Source: a virus
Taxonomy: Duplodnaviria; Caudoviricetes
Direction: 5' to 3' (one strand)
IMG/VR virus record: IMGVR_UViG_3300014208_000023
Location: 1-64,000 of that record
DNA length: 64,000 nucleotides
Positions within the stretch are counted from its first letter, which is position 1; each line of letters opens with the position of its first letter. The notes beneath the pieces are model-generated. The model did no database searches. It was not told the origin of the DNA and saw only the letters and a list, made by a program, of their open reading frames with translations. Positions 54,920 through 63,606 of this stretch are shown piece by piece. The position numbers were made by a program, and so were the translations under genes.

Positions 54920-55138
54920 TCAATTCTCGCCTGAGTAAGAGTGACGCTTGCACTCCTTAGCTTGAGCGACGGCCGCCACTTGCGAGTCATGCGAGAAGTA
55001 GTATTGCCCAACCGAAGGACAGGTGCAAGGCCGAGATAGCACAATTCTTTTGCAGTCTTCGTGAGTGCAATCGATCATGCCGCATCGGGCAGAAGCCTTG
55101 GAGCAATTACGCATCATCAATACTCCTTTGCGTACCAT
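54920..55138 (-). CDS. small Cys-rich protein
   Basis: ORF in run. Confidence 0.45.
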   Translation of the reverse strand: MVRKGVLMMRNCSKASARCGMIDCTHEDCKRIVLSRPCTCPSVGQYYFSHDSQVAAVAQAKECKRHSYSGEN

Positions 55139-55443
55139 TCGATACAGGTGATACCAGGCTTCACTTCTCCGTCAGAAGTGAGAATCTTGACTACATCGGC
55201 TCGCAGATAGTAGCAAACCAATTGAGTCAACCTCGTGCGCCAATCGTACCCTTCGCGAGTTTCCATGTCAGCAGGGTACTGCGTAATGAAACTAGGACAC
55301 GTGATGTTGGAGACGATGATGTTTCCTTCCACGCTCTTATGGACAGTCCAATCATCCGTATGTGGCTCCCCACCGATACCTTTCGGGTTATGGACCGTCC
55401 ACGTTTCCAGCAGAGAAAGCTTCGCGGTAGGGGTCAGTTTCAT
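55117..55443 (-). CDS. hypothetical protein
   Basis: ORF with GAGGA RBS. Confidence 0.65.
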   Translation of the reverse strand: MKLTPTAKLSLLETWTVHNPKGIGGEPHTDDWTVHKSVEGNIIVSNITCPSFITQYPADMETREGYDWRTRLTQLVCYYLRADVVKILTSDGEVKPGITCIEWYAKEY

Positions 55444-55549
55444 TCGTCCTCGTCCTTATCCGCGTTATGAACCACGAATCCGCCCCTCTCACATAGGGGA
55501 ATGATTTCTGACTCAGGAGGGGATTCCAACTCTCCCTTGTTCGGATCCA

Positions 55550-55882
55550 TCAGTTACTCTCTTGCAGCTTGTGGGCCGCTTCGAGCTTGGCGAACCCTTC
55601 TGCGTGAGAATTGAATACCTTACAGGCATCCGATCCTTCTTCGCCACGATAGGACCTTTCGCTCTCGTGGCTATTGGGTTTGCTCACGTCTACCTCATAG
55701 ACCACGACATCATCGCCCTGCTTGAGCAATGAGATCACGCGGCCACATGCGGTGTTGGATTCGATCAACACCGCACCATCAGGAAGGTCTGCGCGACTCT
55801 GGCTGATAATGGAATAGATCGCCTTGATCTCTCCACCAACCGCGACACCGGCATGATCCCGCTCGACCTTGACTTCACTCAT
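55550..55882 (-). CDS. hypothetical protein
   Basis: ORF in run. Confidence 0.65.
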   Translation of the reverse strand: MSEVKVERDHAGVAVGGEIKAIYSIISQSRADLPDGAVLIESNTACGRVISLLKQGDDVVVYEVDVSKPNSHESERSYRGEEGSDACKVFNSHAEGFAKLEAAHKLQESN

Positions 55883-56093
55883 TGGGAGTTTCCTTTTGCT
55901 TGGGCGGATACAGAAGCCAGGACGAAGTTACCGGTCCAGGCTCTCTACGAATTAGTCCTGCCCGAAGACAGCGACTAACAACATCATAACCAGCCGATTG
56001 TCCAGCGCCAGCCTCTTTTGCAGCTTCGCGAATAATCTTGCCGGGATTCTCAGTAACAAACTGAATGACCTTTTTCATCTTAGGTCCGATCAT
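55875..56093 (-). CDS. putative winged-helix protein
   Basis: NPGKIIREAAKEAG..GYDVVSRCLRAGLI. Confidence 0.6.
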   Translation of the reverse strand: MIGPKMKKVIQFVTENPGKIIREAAKEAGAGQSAGYDVVSRCLRAGLIRREPGPVTSSWLLYPPKQKETPNE

Positions 56094-56094
56094 A

Positions 56095-56728
56095 TTCCCT
56101 CGTGAGCTAACTCTTTATCCCCGGCTAGACTATCAATCTAGCCGGGGATGGTCCGCTCCGTAACAGGCAACCGAATTGGCAGCCTAAAGAGAATGGTTAC
56201 TGACATAGACAGGCTTCTATGGCTGGAGTCCAAAATAGCCTCCGCCTATTCCATATCTGCTAACAAGGATACTACCCGGCCCATATGCTACGGATGAGTC
56301 CGTTAGCGTTACCCGTGGTTCGCGTTACCTGTTAGCATTGTAACCACACTCTTTAGAATGTCAATAGACTATCCCTCCCGATTATCCCATAATCCGTTGC
56401 AACGGCTTGGGGTCGGGAGGGGATCTCCACTACACAATTACTAACTTAGGAATGAGAGTAGCTACTTCTCATAACCATTACAACGAACGGCCCTCATCAG
56501 TAACCGCTTCACGGTTATACGTATTCACCATAGCGCCTGGCCTTTGATACTTGATCAGTTCCTAGTTAGGAAGCCAGTCTGTTGGAATGCCACCTACGTT
56601 CAGTCGTAGGCGTGAATACGTTACGGCCTCTCACGTGTCTTTGAAGCTTCCCCCATACCCAGACGTTCCGGGGGAAGCATTAGCACCCATAGGGAAGCTT
56701 ACGCTTCCGGTAGTCTAGGGCTGTTCTC
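56095..56728. other. 630-bp gene-free hairpin-dense region
   Basis: at least 10 inverted repeats; contains TTGACA-16-TACAAT on minus strand. Confidence 0.6.
56337..56364 (-). promoter_or_regulatory. sigma70-type promoter
   Basis: TTGACA-16 nt-TACAAT. Confidence 0.65.
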
Positions 56729-57025
56729 CTAGGCTTTCCAGCGACTCTCTTTCAGAGGAGAGCCATTGAAGGATCGCCACTCACGAAAGTATCGTCCCTT
56801 GGAATCCCTTTCGTTGTAGTTCGGGCGGACGATTACCGCCTTTCCCTTTGCACGCAGACTCTCTCCGAGAGAGATTGCGTGTTCCAGGTTGGTGAATGTC
56901 GCATCCACGAAACGATCCCCGTATGTGGTAAGATCGCCAACGCACTTACAGGTGATTACAGAGATAGTAGCCTTAGCCATTGAGCCTTGGTCTCCTGGTA
57001 GCTTCTTTTTTTGAACCATCCCCAT
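56729..57025 (-). CDS. hypothetical protein
   Basis: ORF; start probably MAKATIS. Confidence 0.55.
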   Translation of the reverse strand: MGMVQKKKLPGDQGSMAKATISVITCKCVGDLTTYGDRFVDATFTNLEHAISLGESLRAKGKAVIVRPNYNERDSKGRYFREWRSFNGSPLKESRWKA

Positions 57026-57168
57026 AGAGACAGGGGCCTAAGCTCCTGTTTACGTCGCTTGGTTGCCTTGATCCGATTGTGATAGATCGCCATAGCCGTG
57101 TGACCACTAAAGAGCCACTTGATCGGAGAGATCATTCCTTGCGTTTGATACCTACCGTACTGCTTCAT
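56956..57168 (-). CDS. hypothetical protein
   Basis: ORF in run. Confidence 0.5.
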   Translation of the reverse strand: MKQYGRYQTQGMISPIKWLFSGHTAMAIYHNRIKATKRRKQELRPLSLWGWFKKRSYQETKAQWLRLLSL

Positions 57169-57368
57169 TCCTTGCCCGCATTGGCAATGATGTTATGGCA
57201 GATTGCTCGGTAGTGCGCAACCACTTTCGGATCGTTCGTGACCTTTCCGGTGCCGGGAATGAACTTCCACTGGATGAACTTCCATGCCAGCTTGTACCTA
57301 CGATCCTGTTCCGGTGTGAGAAACGAGAATAGCTTTCTCGCTTCAACTTCTCTGTCAGAGAGACTCAT
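57165..57368 (-). CDS. hypothetical protein
   Basis: ORF in run. Confidence 0.6.
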   Translation of the reverse strand: MSLSDREVEARKLFSFLTPEQDRRYKLAWKFIQWKFIPGTGKVTNDPKVVAHYRAICHNIIANAGKE

Positions 57369-57811
57369 GTTACGAGAGCTTTCTTGGTGATAGAGTCGGC
57401 CACTTTCTTGAGAGCGAGCACTTCGGCTTCCGCCTTCTCAGCTCTAGCCGTGAGCCTACGAGTAGCAGAATCCGATCCATCGATGAATGCTTCGTTGATC
57501 ACGCGGAACGTTTCGTTGATCTCGTCCTGATCGCGAAGACTCAGATAGTCCTCGATGGTCATGCACTCGTTGACGCAAGCCACATGGTTGAGCTTGTTCA
57601 GGAAGTACCAGGATGCGTAGGAAGTCGTGTTCTGGCAAACCCAGGAACCGGCACCCTCATTCCACGATCCATCCTCTTCTTCGTAACAACCCTCTCCGAT
57701 GTAGCCGAGCGGAAGCGTGAACTTCCGCATGTAGTAACCATCGAAGTTGGCCTTATTACAGATAGCGACGTAGGTGCGAGAAGGTGAAGAGACGATCTTC
57801 TTTTCAGACAT
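57365..57811 (-). CDS. hypothetical protein
   Basis: ORF with GGAGG RBS. Confidence 0.7.
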   Translation of the reverse strand: MSEKKIVSSPSRTYVAICNKANFDGYYMRKFTLPLGYIGEGCYEEEDGSWNEGAGSWVCQNTTSYASWYFLNKLNHVACVNECMTIEDYLSLRDQDEINETFRVINEAFIDGSDSATRRLTARAEKAEAEVLALKKVADSITKKALVT

Positions 57812-57816
57812 TACTG

Positions 57817-57966
57817 CCTCCTAATTCGGGCCTGTAACAACTTCTGTGTAGCACATGGGTTTAGATTTTACGAGCTATCAGAGGAGACTCGAACCCCTCC
57901 AGCCATGGACTTCACATTATATGCTACAAACCCGAATTAGAAGGGGGAAGGTAGTTAGTCTTCCCC
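57817..57966 (-). repeat. GC-hairpin + CCTTCT long-stem element
   Basis: GGGGAAG..CTTCCCC then CCTTCTAATTCGGG/CCCGAATTAGGAGG; loop holds TATAAT and a T-arm. Confidence 0.8.
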
Positions 57967-58232
57967 GATCCTTTCTTACTGATAGAGCCAGGCATTGACT
58001 GCCCGGCGAACCTCCGTGCATGCAGCCCGAACATCGAAGGCATTGATCGTGTGCTCCATCACAAGAGGAGGAGGAATCTTGCCCTCCTTCTTGAGAGACA
58101 CCACAACCTCACCCACATACGGATTCTTCGGAATCATTCGACTCTCCTACTTGAACCAGCGTCTAGCTCTTGCTCGGAATGCACGAATCGCTCGTTTCAG
58201 GCAAAGAGAACAATGCCTGGCGTCTCCTTCCT

Positions 58233-58487
58233 TCATGCCTTGAACTTCTCCATGAGAGCCTTGGCATCCGGGTAGCCGAAAGGTTTCAGAGCCTCCTCGG
58301 CTTGTTCCAGAGCTTTCGGATCGTTCTCGCGTAGAAACGCATTGATCTTCGGGTCGAGAACCATCATCAGTAGCGTTCGAGCCGCTGACTTGCCCTTGCA
58401 CTCTTTCGGGGGAATAAGCTTCTCAATAGCAGCTTGCCTTTCGGGACCGGGAGGAGGCAACATGATGCCATGTCCAGTGCCAGCCAT
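58233..58487 (-). CDS. hypothetical protein
   Basis: ORF; TGATG coupling. Confidence 0.7.
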   Translation of the reverse strand: MAGTGHGIMLPPPGPERQAAIEKLIPPKECKGKSAARTLLMMVLDPKINAFLRENDPKALEQAEEALKPFGYPDAKALMEKFKA

Positions 58488-58678
58488 CAGTGTTGCCCCA
58501 ACGTCTTACGTAATCCTCGATTACCAGACCCAGCGTAGCCTAGGCTGCGGTAGAAACCTCTTACGTAGGCTTCCCAATGTGAGAAGGTAGGAAACTCCTG
58601 CTTGAACCTCATACAATCTTTGGAGGATTGTTTCTGACGTTGGCCATCACTGCGACCCAATTCGCTCGACTGACGCAT
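58487..58678 (-). CDS. hypothetical protein (start MRQSSE)
   Basis: TAATG coupling; ends KTLGQH. Confidence 0.45.
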   Translation of the reverse strand: MRQSSELGRSDGQRQKQSSKDCMRFKQEFPTFSHWEAYVRGFYRSLGYAGSGNRGLRKTLGQH

Positions 58679-59010
58679 TAGTGCTGCCCCCACGTCTTTC
58701 CGCCATCGTGAGAATGAACACCAGCAGCGATTGCCTTGGGATTGACCTTTCGTCCGCTCATTCCCTCGGCCTTGAGTATCGCCTGACGGAGAACCCACGA
58801 GTTAGTGGCCCGAAGAGAATTGAAGGCACACACGTCAGAGATACCGTCCCGATCCTTCCATCCTTGGAAGACGATCGCGCCGTTCGTTCCGATTCCGATT
58901 CTCACGGTACCGGTCTGAATGTACTGTTCCAGACGCTTGAGAGCTTGTTCCACTTGAGACATTCTCTGAGTGAGAGTCTGACCCTGAGATAGCGCTGTCA
59001 TGCACGCCAT
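58678..59010 (-). CDS. hypothetical protein in AAA-ATPase module
   Basis: GAGG RBS; ends GVHSHDGGKTWGQH. Confidence 0.75.
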   Translation of the reverse strand: MACMTALSQGQTLTQRMSQVEQALKRLEQYIQTGTVRIGIGTNGAIVFQGWKDRDGISDVCAFNSLRATNSWVLRQAILKAEGMSGRKVNPKAIAAGVHSHDGGKTWGQH

Positions 59011-59033
59011 TGTGATTACCTCGTTTGAGTTAT

Positions 59034-59139
59034 CCTTCTAACTCTATTCAATAGACATGCGCCAGATAAGCTCCGGCCTAGTTCCTATCTGAATCTATTG
59101 AATAGAGCTAGAAGGGGGAGACTTGGTTAGAGTCTCCCC
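59034..59139 (-). repeat. GC-hairpin + CCTTCT long-stem element
   Basis: GGGGAGACT/AGTCTCCCC then 22-bp CCTTCTAGCTCTATTCAATAGA/TCTATTGAATAGAGTTAGAAGG (one G-U). Confidence 0.85.
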
Positions 59140-59146
59140 TCATCTA

Positions 59147-59977
59147 TCAGTTAGAAAGATCTAGAGAGTCGTCCGCGGCCATGGGATTCAGGGCCATCGT
59201 TCCGGCGACGGTTCCGACTTCTTCGGAGAAGTCGAGATCCTGCGCCGCCACTTGCGGAGCCTCCTCTTCTTTCGTGAGCGTAGGCGGTTCCTCATAGTCG
59301 AGGAACACTTTCTGAGCCTTCTCCAGTGCGAGAAGACTGACGCGGTAGTCCTGAACCACGTCGATAGCGACCGATCCCTTCTTCTTGATCGTCTTCGCCA
59401 TCTCACGTGCGGCGGTTCGTGCAAGCTCGATTGCAGTCCTCGCCTCGCCCTGTTCCTTCTCTTGCATCATCTCGGCCAGTTGATTGGCCTTAGCGATTGC
59501 TTCCCGAATGGCCTCGGGATCCATCTTGTTGATCGCCCCGCTCATCTCAGCGAGAAGACTGCGCATCTCTCCGGCGATTGCCATTGCAGTCTGCTCGTCG
59601 TTGGCGAGAAGCTTTGCCTTGAGGATGTAGAAGCGCACCTTCGTGTAGACAGACTTCGCATTGAAGTCGTCCATGAGTTGCCGGGCGATCTTGATTCCCT
59701 GGTCCAGCTCCGCCTCCTTATCTTCCGGGCAGAGAAGACAGAACGGAGTTTTGACGCAGAGACGACGGATCTGGTACAGGACATTGCCCCGCACCTTGAC
59801 CGCTTCCTCGTGCTCCTCCACGTCGAAGATTGTCTTCTTCGTGGTCTTCTCTTCGGTGAGCACGCCTTCGGTGCTCTGATCGCTCTCCTCGTGGAGAGTC
59901 TCGTATTCGATACCTCCCTTCATGCGGGAAGTCAGTGCGATCATGAATCCGGGTCGAAGCAGTTGCATCTTTGCCAT
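59147..59977 (-). CDS. coiled-coil-rich hypothetical protein in AAA-ATPase module
   Basis: start MAKMQLL after GAGGA RBS; acidic tail. Confidence 0.8.
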   Translation of the reverse strand: MAKMQLLRPGFMIALTSRMKGGIEYETLHEESDQSTEGVLTEEKTTKKTIFDVEEHEEAVKVRGNVLYQIRRLCVKTPFCLLCPEDKEAELDQGIKIARQLMDDFNAKSVYTKVRFYILKAKLLANDEQTAMAIAGEMRSLLAEMSGAINKMDPEAIREAIAKANQLAEMMQEKEQGEARTAIELARTAAREMAKTIKKKGSVAIDVVQDYRVSLLALEKAQKVFLDYEEPPTLTKEEEAPQVAAQDLDFSEEVGTVAGTMALNPMAADDSLDLSN

Positions 59978-59997
59978 TGTGTCCTCGTTTGGAGTTA

Positions 59998-60117
59998 TCC
60001 CTCTAACTCGGTTCAATTAGACTCGGGCGCTCAACCAAGGGACAACGCCCGGTATATTGCTAAGCCACCACCTAATTGAACCGAGTTAGAAGGGGGAGTC
60101 TGTGTTAGAAACTCCCC
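59998..60117 (-). repeat. GC-hairpin + CCTTCT long-stem element
   Basis: GGGGAG..CTCCCC then perfect 19-bp TCTAACTCGGTTCAATTAG/CTAATTGAACCGAGTTAGA. Confidence 0.85.
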
Positions 60118-60129
60118 TCCTAATTGCCG

Positions 60130-61749
60130 TCAGTCCAGATCCAGCAGATCGTTGGAGCCAGACTTAGCGGCCACCTTCTCAGGCTTGCTTGCGCTCAGGG
60201 CCTTGTCTGCCATGAACGTACGAATCTCTCCGAGCTTGACCGCCATCGTCAGAGACAATGGTACCACATTCTCGGCCGCCGTCAAGAGATCCTTTGTCGT
60301 GATCTGACGTTCTCCGTCGTTGAAGGCCGCGAACATGGCTTCCGGGATGATGGAAGCAATCTCCGCGCCGACCCATCCTTCCGTTTTCTTAGTGAGAGCC
60401 GGAACGTCGATCCCTTCTACCCTACCAGACTGCTTGAGGCAGGTAGAGAGAATCTGTTCCCGATCCGTTGCGGTCGGAAGGTCCACCCAAAACACTTGGT
60501 CGAACCTACCTTTACGCATCAGCTCAGGCGGAAGTGCCCGAACGTCGTTTGCCGTAGCAATGACGAACACCGGGGCCTTGCACTCTTGCATCCAGGTAAG
60601 AATCGTTCCAAGCTGATCCTTGGAAACTCCGCCATCCTCACCACCGGCAGCCCCGAGAGACTTGTCGATCTCATCGAGCCAGAGAACGCAAGGGGCAAGG
60701 GCTTCTGCCATTGCGAGAGCCTTACGAATGCTGGCTTCAGAGTCTCCGACATACTTGGACTTGCGTGCTCCAAGGTCGCACTTGAGTAGCGGCATCTGCC
60801 ATGCGGAAGACACGCACTTCGCCGTGAGACTCTTTCCACCACCGGGAACACCGGCAAGTAGAATGCCCTTCGGAGACTTGAGCCCGTAAGCCCTTGCCGC
60901 CGCTGAAAACCCGTTCTTACGGATACTCAGCCAGTCTTTCAGGACTTCCAGACCGCCGACCGCTTCCATGCCGAGCGGATCGGGGTCGATCCATTCCAGC
61001 ACTTTCTCACGTGCAATGACTTGCTTCTTTTCGGAAGAGATCACTGCCGGGTCGATGCGCTTGAGAGTAACGAGACTCCGATTGAAGCAGCTCTGAATCT
61101 CGGCCGCCGACAACCCAAGAGCCGCATCGATTGCAGACTCACGGGTAGTTGCGTTCGGAATCTCCACCTTGGCCGGATCTAGGCGGAGAGAATCGAAGAT
61201 CCTTTCCACGTCAGAACGGTCAGGCATCGGGTAGTCGATCAGATTGGCCTGACCGATGAGATCCTGGGGAATCTCCGAAGACGGCGTGAGAATGACGATC
61301 GCTCTCTGTTCAGCAGAGGGGGACGTTCCCGCTTCCGTCGCCGTGTTCCGAATTGCCCGGAGAGTGATTGGATCCTTGAAGGCATTGATATCCTTCAAGA
61401 CATACAGACACCGATCTGGGACTTCGCGAATTGCCTGTAGGACCACGAGAGGATCCGTACAGGGCTGACCACCGCTAGAAAGCGGCGTGATGCTTGCAGC
61501 CTTCTTCTCTCCGTAAGAAGACTGCGCCTGAGTGAATCCGAGAGTGACGAGCTTTGTTTCGCCCTTCTCGGTTCCGTATTCCGTCAGACCACTCACGCAA
61601 TCCCAGAAGCGGATTCGCATGTTGGCCGGAAGGGCATTGATAAGCGCCCCTTCCACACGCTTCTCCTCACGAGAGGAGATCCAGAGAAGAGAGACTCTGG
61701 CACGAAGAAGTGCCGTAATCTCCGCATTGACCTTTGCAGATCGAGACAT
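60130..61749 (-). CDS. AAA+ ATPase, Ycf46-like
   Basis: Walker A GVPGGGKS, Walker B LWLDEIDK, ATAN..LPPELMRKGRFD; degenerate N-terminal AAA-like domain. Confidence 0.92.
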   Translation of the reverse strand: MSRSAKVNAEITALLRARVSLLWISSREEKRVEGALINALPANMRIRFWDCVSGLTEYGTEKGETKLVTLGFTQAQSSYGEKKAASITPLSSGGQPCTDPLVVLQAIREVPDRCLYVLKDINAFKDPITLRAIRNTATEAGTSPSAEQRAIVILTPSSEIPQDLIGQANLIDYPMPDRSDVERIFDSLRLDPAKVEIPNATTRESAIDAALGLSAAEIQSCFNRSLVTLKRIDPAVISSEKKQVIAREKVLEWIDPDPLGMEAVGGLEVLKDWLSIRKNGFSAAARAYGLKSPKGILLAGVPGGGKSLTAKCVSSAWQMPLLKCDLGARKSKYVGDSEASIRKALAMAEALAPCVLWLDEIDKSLGAAGGEDGGVSKDQLGTILTWMQECKAPVFVIATANDVRALPPELMRKGRFDQVFWVDLPTATDREQILSTCLKQSGRVEGIDVPALTKKTEGWVGAEIASIIPEAMFAAFNDGERQITTKDLLTAAENVVPLSLTMAVKLGEIRTFMADKALSASKPEKVAAKSGSNDLLDLD

Positions 61750-61797
61750 TCGTTTTCTCCCTAAAAAGAGATTATCTACGATAGAGTCTGTAACGTT

Positions 61798-61867
61798 CCT
61801 CCTACCTTGAGACTGTAACTCATACGAGCTAGAGTGTCAAGGTAGAAGGGGAGGATTGCGCCTCCCC
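61798..61867 (-). repeat. GC-hairpin + CCTTCT long-stem element containing a sigma70 promoter
   Basis: GGGGAGG/CCTCCCC then CTTCTACCTTGA/TCAAGGTAGGAG; TTGACA-17-TACAGT inside. Confidence 0.8.
61812..61840 (-). promoter_or_regulatory. sigma70-type promoter of AAA ATPase
   Basis: TTGACA-17 nt-TACAGT. Confidence 0.75.
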
Positions 61868-61880
61868 AACTACCGATCGG

Positions 61881-62063
61881 CTACTTCGTGTAGACGTTGA
61901 TCCCGATCTTCATGCCCATGTCGGAAACGTCCGGGGGCGAAACCGGGCCTTCCGTGGTAGCGACGATGGTGGTCTTCCCGCTGGCAGAAGGACCGAACTT
62001 TTTGGTCAGGTCGATCTTGATCACGAGGATATCACCCTCGCGGCTCATCTGAATGTTTTTCAT
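61881..62063 (-). CDS. conserved small beta-rich protein (MKNIQMSREG..GPSASGKT)
   Basis: GGGAG RBS; widespread IDLTKxFGPSxSGKT family pattern. Confidence 0.75.
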   Translation of the reverse strand: MKNIQMSREGDILVIKIDLTKKFGPSASGKTTIVATTEGPVSPPDVSDMGMKIGINVYTK

Positions 62064-62091
62064 TGACTTGGACTCCCGATTGTGAGTGAGA

Positions 62092-62349
62092 CTACGAAGA
62101 GAGATCCTGGAAAGGAATCTCCTTCTCCACACGCCTACGGTTCTCCCTGATCTGCCGTTGTAGATCCTTGATTGCGTTGTCTGCCGTGTTACCTGCGCCG
62201 GTAAAACCGATGCAAGCCTTGACCGCTTGCCAGAGAGGTTTCTTACCTCCTCTGACTTTCTGGCAAGTCACATGCCAGTAAAAGGGAACCGGCTTCACTT
62301 GGGATGGCTCGTGATGGTGAATGCCGCACTCCACGCCTTGATCCCCCAC
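62092..62349 (-). CDS. hypothetical protein
   Basis: ORF in run. Confidence 0.55.
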   Translation of the reverse strand: MGDQGVECGIHHHEPSQVKPVPFYWHVTCQKVRGGKKPLWQAVKACIGFTGAGNTADNAIKDLQRQIRENRRRVEKEIPFQDLSS

Positions 62350-62398
62350 CTACCACCATAAAGGTGGTTCATGCGGAATTGCGTGGAAGCGGCAACGA

Positions 62399-63037
62399 TC
62401 ATGCCTTCGATGATTGCTTCCATCTGATATCCACAATACACATTGCGGATCCTTTCTTGCGCTTGGCGTTGCTTTCGAGACCTTGAGACACGTAGGGACG
62501 AACAGAAACGATCTTGGCTCCTACGTCAGAACAGGACTGACGCAGATAGTCAATCCGACCATCCAGATCGGAGAAGCCATCATCCCGGCCGTTCCTAAAG
62601 GTAACAAGAGTCTTACCTTTGTACTTGGCTTCGGTCAAGGCCTGTAGGACCGGAAGTGCAATGTGGGTCGCTTCTACGACATTGCAAGCCAGATCGATAT
62701 CGACGGCCCCGAGATTCTTAGCCCCACGACGAATGAGGTAAGGGCGAATCATGTCCTGAATGGGCCGGTGAATAGGAGGAAGTATGTGTAGGCGCGACTT
62801 CAACTTGCGGAAGTCTGGAATCACATACTCGGTTGCCTTGATCACTCCAATGTCGGTATCGACCACTTGGATCGCACCCTTCCACCGAAGGACATTCAGC
62901 ACCCCCAAGAGACCGTGACTGATTGTTAGAATCTCCTTGGTAGGAAGAATCTTATACAACCACTCACACCTCTCATTGTCTTTGGCGTAGGAGATCGGAG
63001 TGTGCTGCATTGAGCACACATTGTTCCGCTTTCCCAC
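62399..63037 (-). CDS. putative methyltransferase-like protein, paralog of 47387..48070
   Basis: VVDTD, VDIDLAC, VTFRNGRDD, YVSQ..GSAMCIVDIR. Confidence 0.45.
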   Translation of the reverse strand: MGKRNNVCSMQHTPISYAKDNERCEWLYKILPTKEILTISHGLLGVLNVLRWKGAIQVVDTDIGVIKATEYVIPDFRKLKSRLHILPPIHRPIQDMIRPYLIRRGAKNLGAVDIDLACNVVEATHIALPVLQALTEAKYKGKTLVTFRNGRDDGFSDLDGRIDYLRQSCSDVGAKIVSVRPYVSQGLESNAKRKKGSAMCIVDIRWKQSSKA

Positions 63038-63223
63038 TTAGACCTGAGCCGAAGCCCAGACCACGAAGCATGCCAGACCGACGAAGATCAGATTGGCCCC
63101 GGTGATTGCGTAACCACCGACAACCATGGCGACGTGATGGATGCTCGGGAACCAAGTCCCGAGAAGACCGAGAAGCAAGATGCTTCCCAGAGTGAGGAGA
63201 ACGAAGACGATTGCGTTTGCCAT
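63038..63223 (-). CDS. two-TM membrane protein
   Basis: hydrophobic; GAGGGA RBS. Confidence 0.7.
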   Translation of the reverse strand: MANAIVFVLLTLGSILLLGLLGTWFPSIHHVAMVVGGYAITGANLIFVGLACFVVWASAQV

Positions 63224-63230
63224 TGTCCCT

Positions 63231-63431
63231 CTACTTGTGAGAGCCGGAATCGTATCCGGGCGTAGGTGACTCAGCCCAACGGAGAATCCTTTGATCTTCC
63301 GCCTGCTTACGCTCCTCCTCCCTCTGAATCCCGGTTTGCACGCCTTCGACCGTATGAACGACCTTGACGAAGCCTACCACGAACACGAGAGTGACGCCAA
63401 GAACAATCAGACAGAGAATGAGCTTGAGCAT
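63231..63431 (-). CDS. single-TM membrane protein
   Basis: N-terminal TM; GGGAG RBS. Confidence 0.7.
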   Translation of the reverse strand: MLKLILCLIVLGVTLVFVVGFVKVVHTVEGVQTGIQREEERKQAEDQRILRWAESPTPGYDSGSHK

Positions 63432-63606
63432 TGATTCTCCCTTAGAAACAACTAGAGGCAGTCTAACGCGCTACACATTCCTAGACGTTCGGCCTTCAGT
63501 GACCCTTACTAGATCCAGCCGAGGCTAGATGCTTCAGGAGTATGCACGCCCTAGTTATCCGGTAGTGTTTTTCTCACATACGTTTTCATGTATGTGGCGC
63601 ATTAGA

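Noticed and set aside
59252-60789. Long plus-strand ORFs (59252..60079, 60124..60789; also 46299..46868, 45745..46140, 42651..43220)
   Set aside because: Antisense shadows of codon-biased minus-strand genes, with no RBS or motifs.
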